64,000 bases of DNA from Oscillospiraceae bacterium (lineage in GTDB: Bacteria > Bacillota > Clostridia > Oscillospirales > CAG-272). Below the pieces are notes generated by a model. That model searched no databases and was not told the origin of the DNA. It saw only the letters and a list, made by a program, of their open reading frames with translations. Below are positions 63,058 through 64,000 of this stretch, in pieces. The stretch spans positions 182-64,181 of the forward strand of contig SVSL01000005.1 of assembly GCA_015064315.1 (NCBI GenBank), written 5' to 3'. The translations under genes were made by a program, and so were the position numbers. The number at the start of each line of letters is the position of its first letter. Position 1 is the first letter of the stretch.

Positions 63058-64000
63058 ATGTCAAAGCATTTTGAACTGTTAAAGCAAGAGGGCAGGGCGC
63101 GCAGGGGCGTTCTGCACACGGTACACGGGGACGTTCAGACCCCCGTGTTCATGAACGTAGGCACTTGCGCCGCCATTAAGGGCGGTGTCAACACCATGGA
63201 GCTTCGCGACATCGACTGTCAGGTGGAGCTTTCCAATACCTACCACCTGCATCTGAGACCCGGCGACGGGCTCATCAAGGACATGGGCGGACTTCACAAA
63301 TTCATGAACTGGGATCGTCCGATCCTGACCGACAGCGGCGGATTCCAGGTCTTCTCCCTGTCTCAGCTTCGCAAGATCACCGAGGAGGGGGTTCGCTTCG
63401 CTTCTCACATCGACGGCAAGCGTATCTTCATGGGACCCGAGGAGAGCATGCAGATCCAATCCAATCTGGCGTCCACCATTGCCATGGCGTTTGACGAATG
63501 CGTGGAAAATCCCGCAACCCATCAGTACTGCAAGCAGAGCATGGAGCGCACCTACCGTTGGCTGCTTCGTTGTAGAGCTGAGATGGACCGCCTCAATTCT
63601 CTGCCCGATACCATCAATAAAAACCAGATGCTCTTTGCCATCAACCAAGGCGGTACCTATGAGGATCTCCGCATTGAGCACATGAAAATGATCCGCGAGG
63701 TGGAGTGCGAGGGCTACGCCATTGGCGGACTTGCCGTGGGTGAGACCACCGACGAAATGTACCGCATCATCGACGCGGTAGAGCCCTATATGCCCACCGA
63801 TAAGCCCAGATACCTCATGGGAGTGGGAACCCCCTGCAACATTCTGGAGGCGGTTCACTACGGCGTGGACTTCTTTGACTGCGTCATGCCCAGCCGCAAC
63901 GCCCGTCACGGAAATCTTTTCACGTGGCACGGCAAGATCAATCTCATGAACGAAAAATATGCCCGTGATCCCAGACCCTTTGACGAGGGCTGCGATTGCC
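63058..64000 (+). CDS. tgt: tRNA-guanine transglycosylase (queuine tRNA-ribosyltransferase), 3'-partial
   Basis: It is open to the window end and so is absent from the ORF track. HTVHGDVQTPVFMNVGT, LTDSGGFQVFSL, GGLAVGE, LMGVGTP. Confidence 0.9.
   Translation, partial: MSKHFELLKQEGRARRGVLHTVHGDVQTPVFMNVGTCAAIKGGVNTMELRDIDCQVELSNTYHLHLRPGDGLIKDMGGLHKFMNWDRPILTDSGGFQVFSLSQLRKITEEGVRFASHIDGKRIFMGPEESMQIQSNLASTIAMAFDECVENPATHQYCKQSMERTYRWLLRCRAEMDRLNSLPDTINKNQMLFAINQGGTYEDLRIEHMKMIREVECEGYAIGGLAVGETTDEMYRIIDAVEPYMPTDKPRYLMGVGTPCNILEAVHYGVDFFDCVMPSRNARHGNLFTWHGKINLMNEKYARDPRPFDEGCDC

Noticed and set aside
1165-64000. Other long opposite-strand ORFs: 1165..2064, 3004..4065, 4249..5166, 5428..6372, 10020..10715, 10836..11678, 12133..13557, 14837..16045, 16141..17661, 21932..23173, 31142..32236, 32655..34376, 35188..36300, 37016..37936, 38078..39115, 39893..40789, 40396..41670, 41978..43414, 45370..46776, 47324..48286, 49971..50879, 51385..53004, 54995..55708, 60871..62148 and 63079..63930
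   Set aside because: Each lies antisense to a gene with clear family motifs, a ribosome site and operon context. Their translations are low-complexity. I treat them as shadow ORFs of a GC-rich genome.
1-64000. tRNA, rRNA, tmRNA, transposase, integrase, restriction-modification, toxin-antitoxin or cas genes
   Set aside because: I looked for T-arm GGTTCGAATCC-like boxes, rRNA-like conserved stretches and hallmark protein motifs in all listed ORFs, and found none.

Overview
This is a 64-kb chromosomal window from a moderately GC-rich Firmicute, probably a Clostridia/Oscillospirales-type anaerobe. That placement is an inference from the ylmE(yggS)-sepF-yggT-ylmH block, the miaB-ymcA-mutS-mutL block, a T-box leader, AAGGAG ribosome sites and TTGACA-17-TGnTATAAT promoters. 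I support 47 protein-coding genes plus one gene remnant. (i) 1.2-8.0 kb: a minus-strand sugar-acid operon (SDR, GH43-like, uxuA, two Gfo/Idh/MocA, two xylose-isomerase-like TIM barrels) with a divergent AraC regulator. (ii) 9.4-21.7 kb: glycan-utilisation genes (796-aa unknown, tandem-CBM lipoprotein, WbsX/GH99-like, arabinose-isomerase-like, AraC, 1016-aa glycosidase-like). (iii) Housekeeping genes: ECF S-component plus coaX, dapA, queA, miaA and the division cluster. (iv) Two tandem orphan solute-binding lipoproteins. (v) A T-box-controlled Na+/solute symporter followed by an aromatic amino acid to aryl-acetate operon (acyl-CoA ligase, iorAB, paaK, ACT, aminotransferase). (vi) A two-gene ABC exporter. 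(vii) An LVIVD propeller protein and a BspA-type LRR lipoprotein. (viii) miaB - AT-rich two-gene islet - ymcA-like - mutS - GH36-like - NUDIX remnant - mutL - membrane protein - tgt (partial). I saw no rRNA, tRNA, CRISPR, transposase or integrase. Two things stand out. The first is the AT-rich islet (52954..54345), which encodes an HNH-like small ORF and an unrecognisable partner inside the otherwise conserved miaB-mutSL backbone. It is my best candidate for an undescribed defence/toxin module. The second is that the intergenic space is saturated with several hairpin-repeat families whose stems covary while linkers, loops or a 7-nt anchor stay constant: GTAG-headed REP/REPIN-like doublets, GTGAAAT-anchored hairpin arrays, heptad runs and a 153-bp tandem repeat. 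All functional calls rest on my reading of the translated ORFs and motifs. No database search was run.
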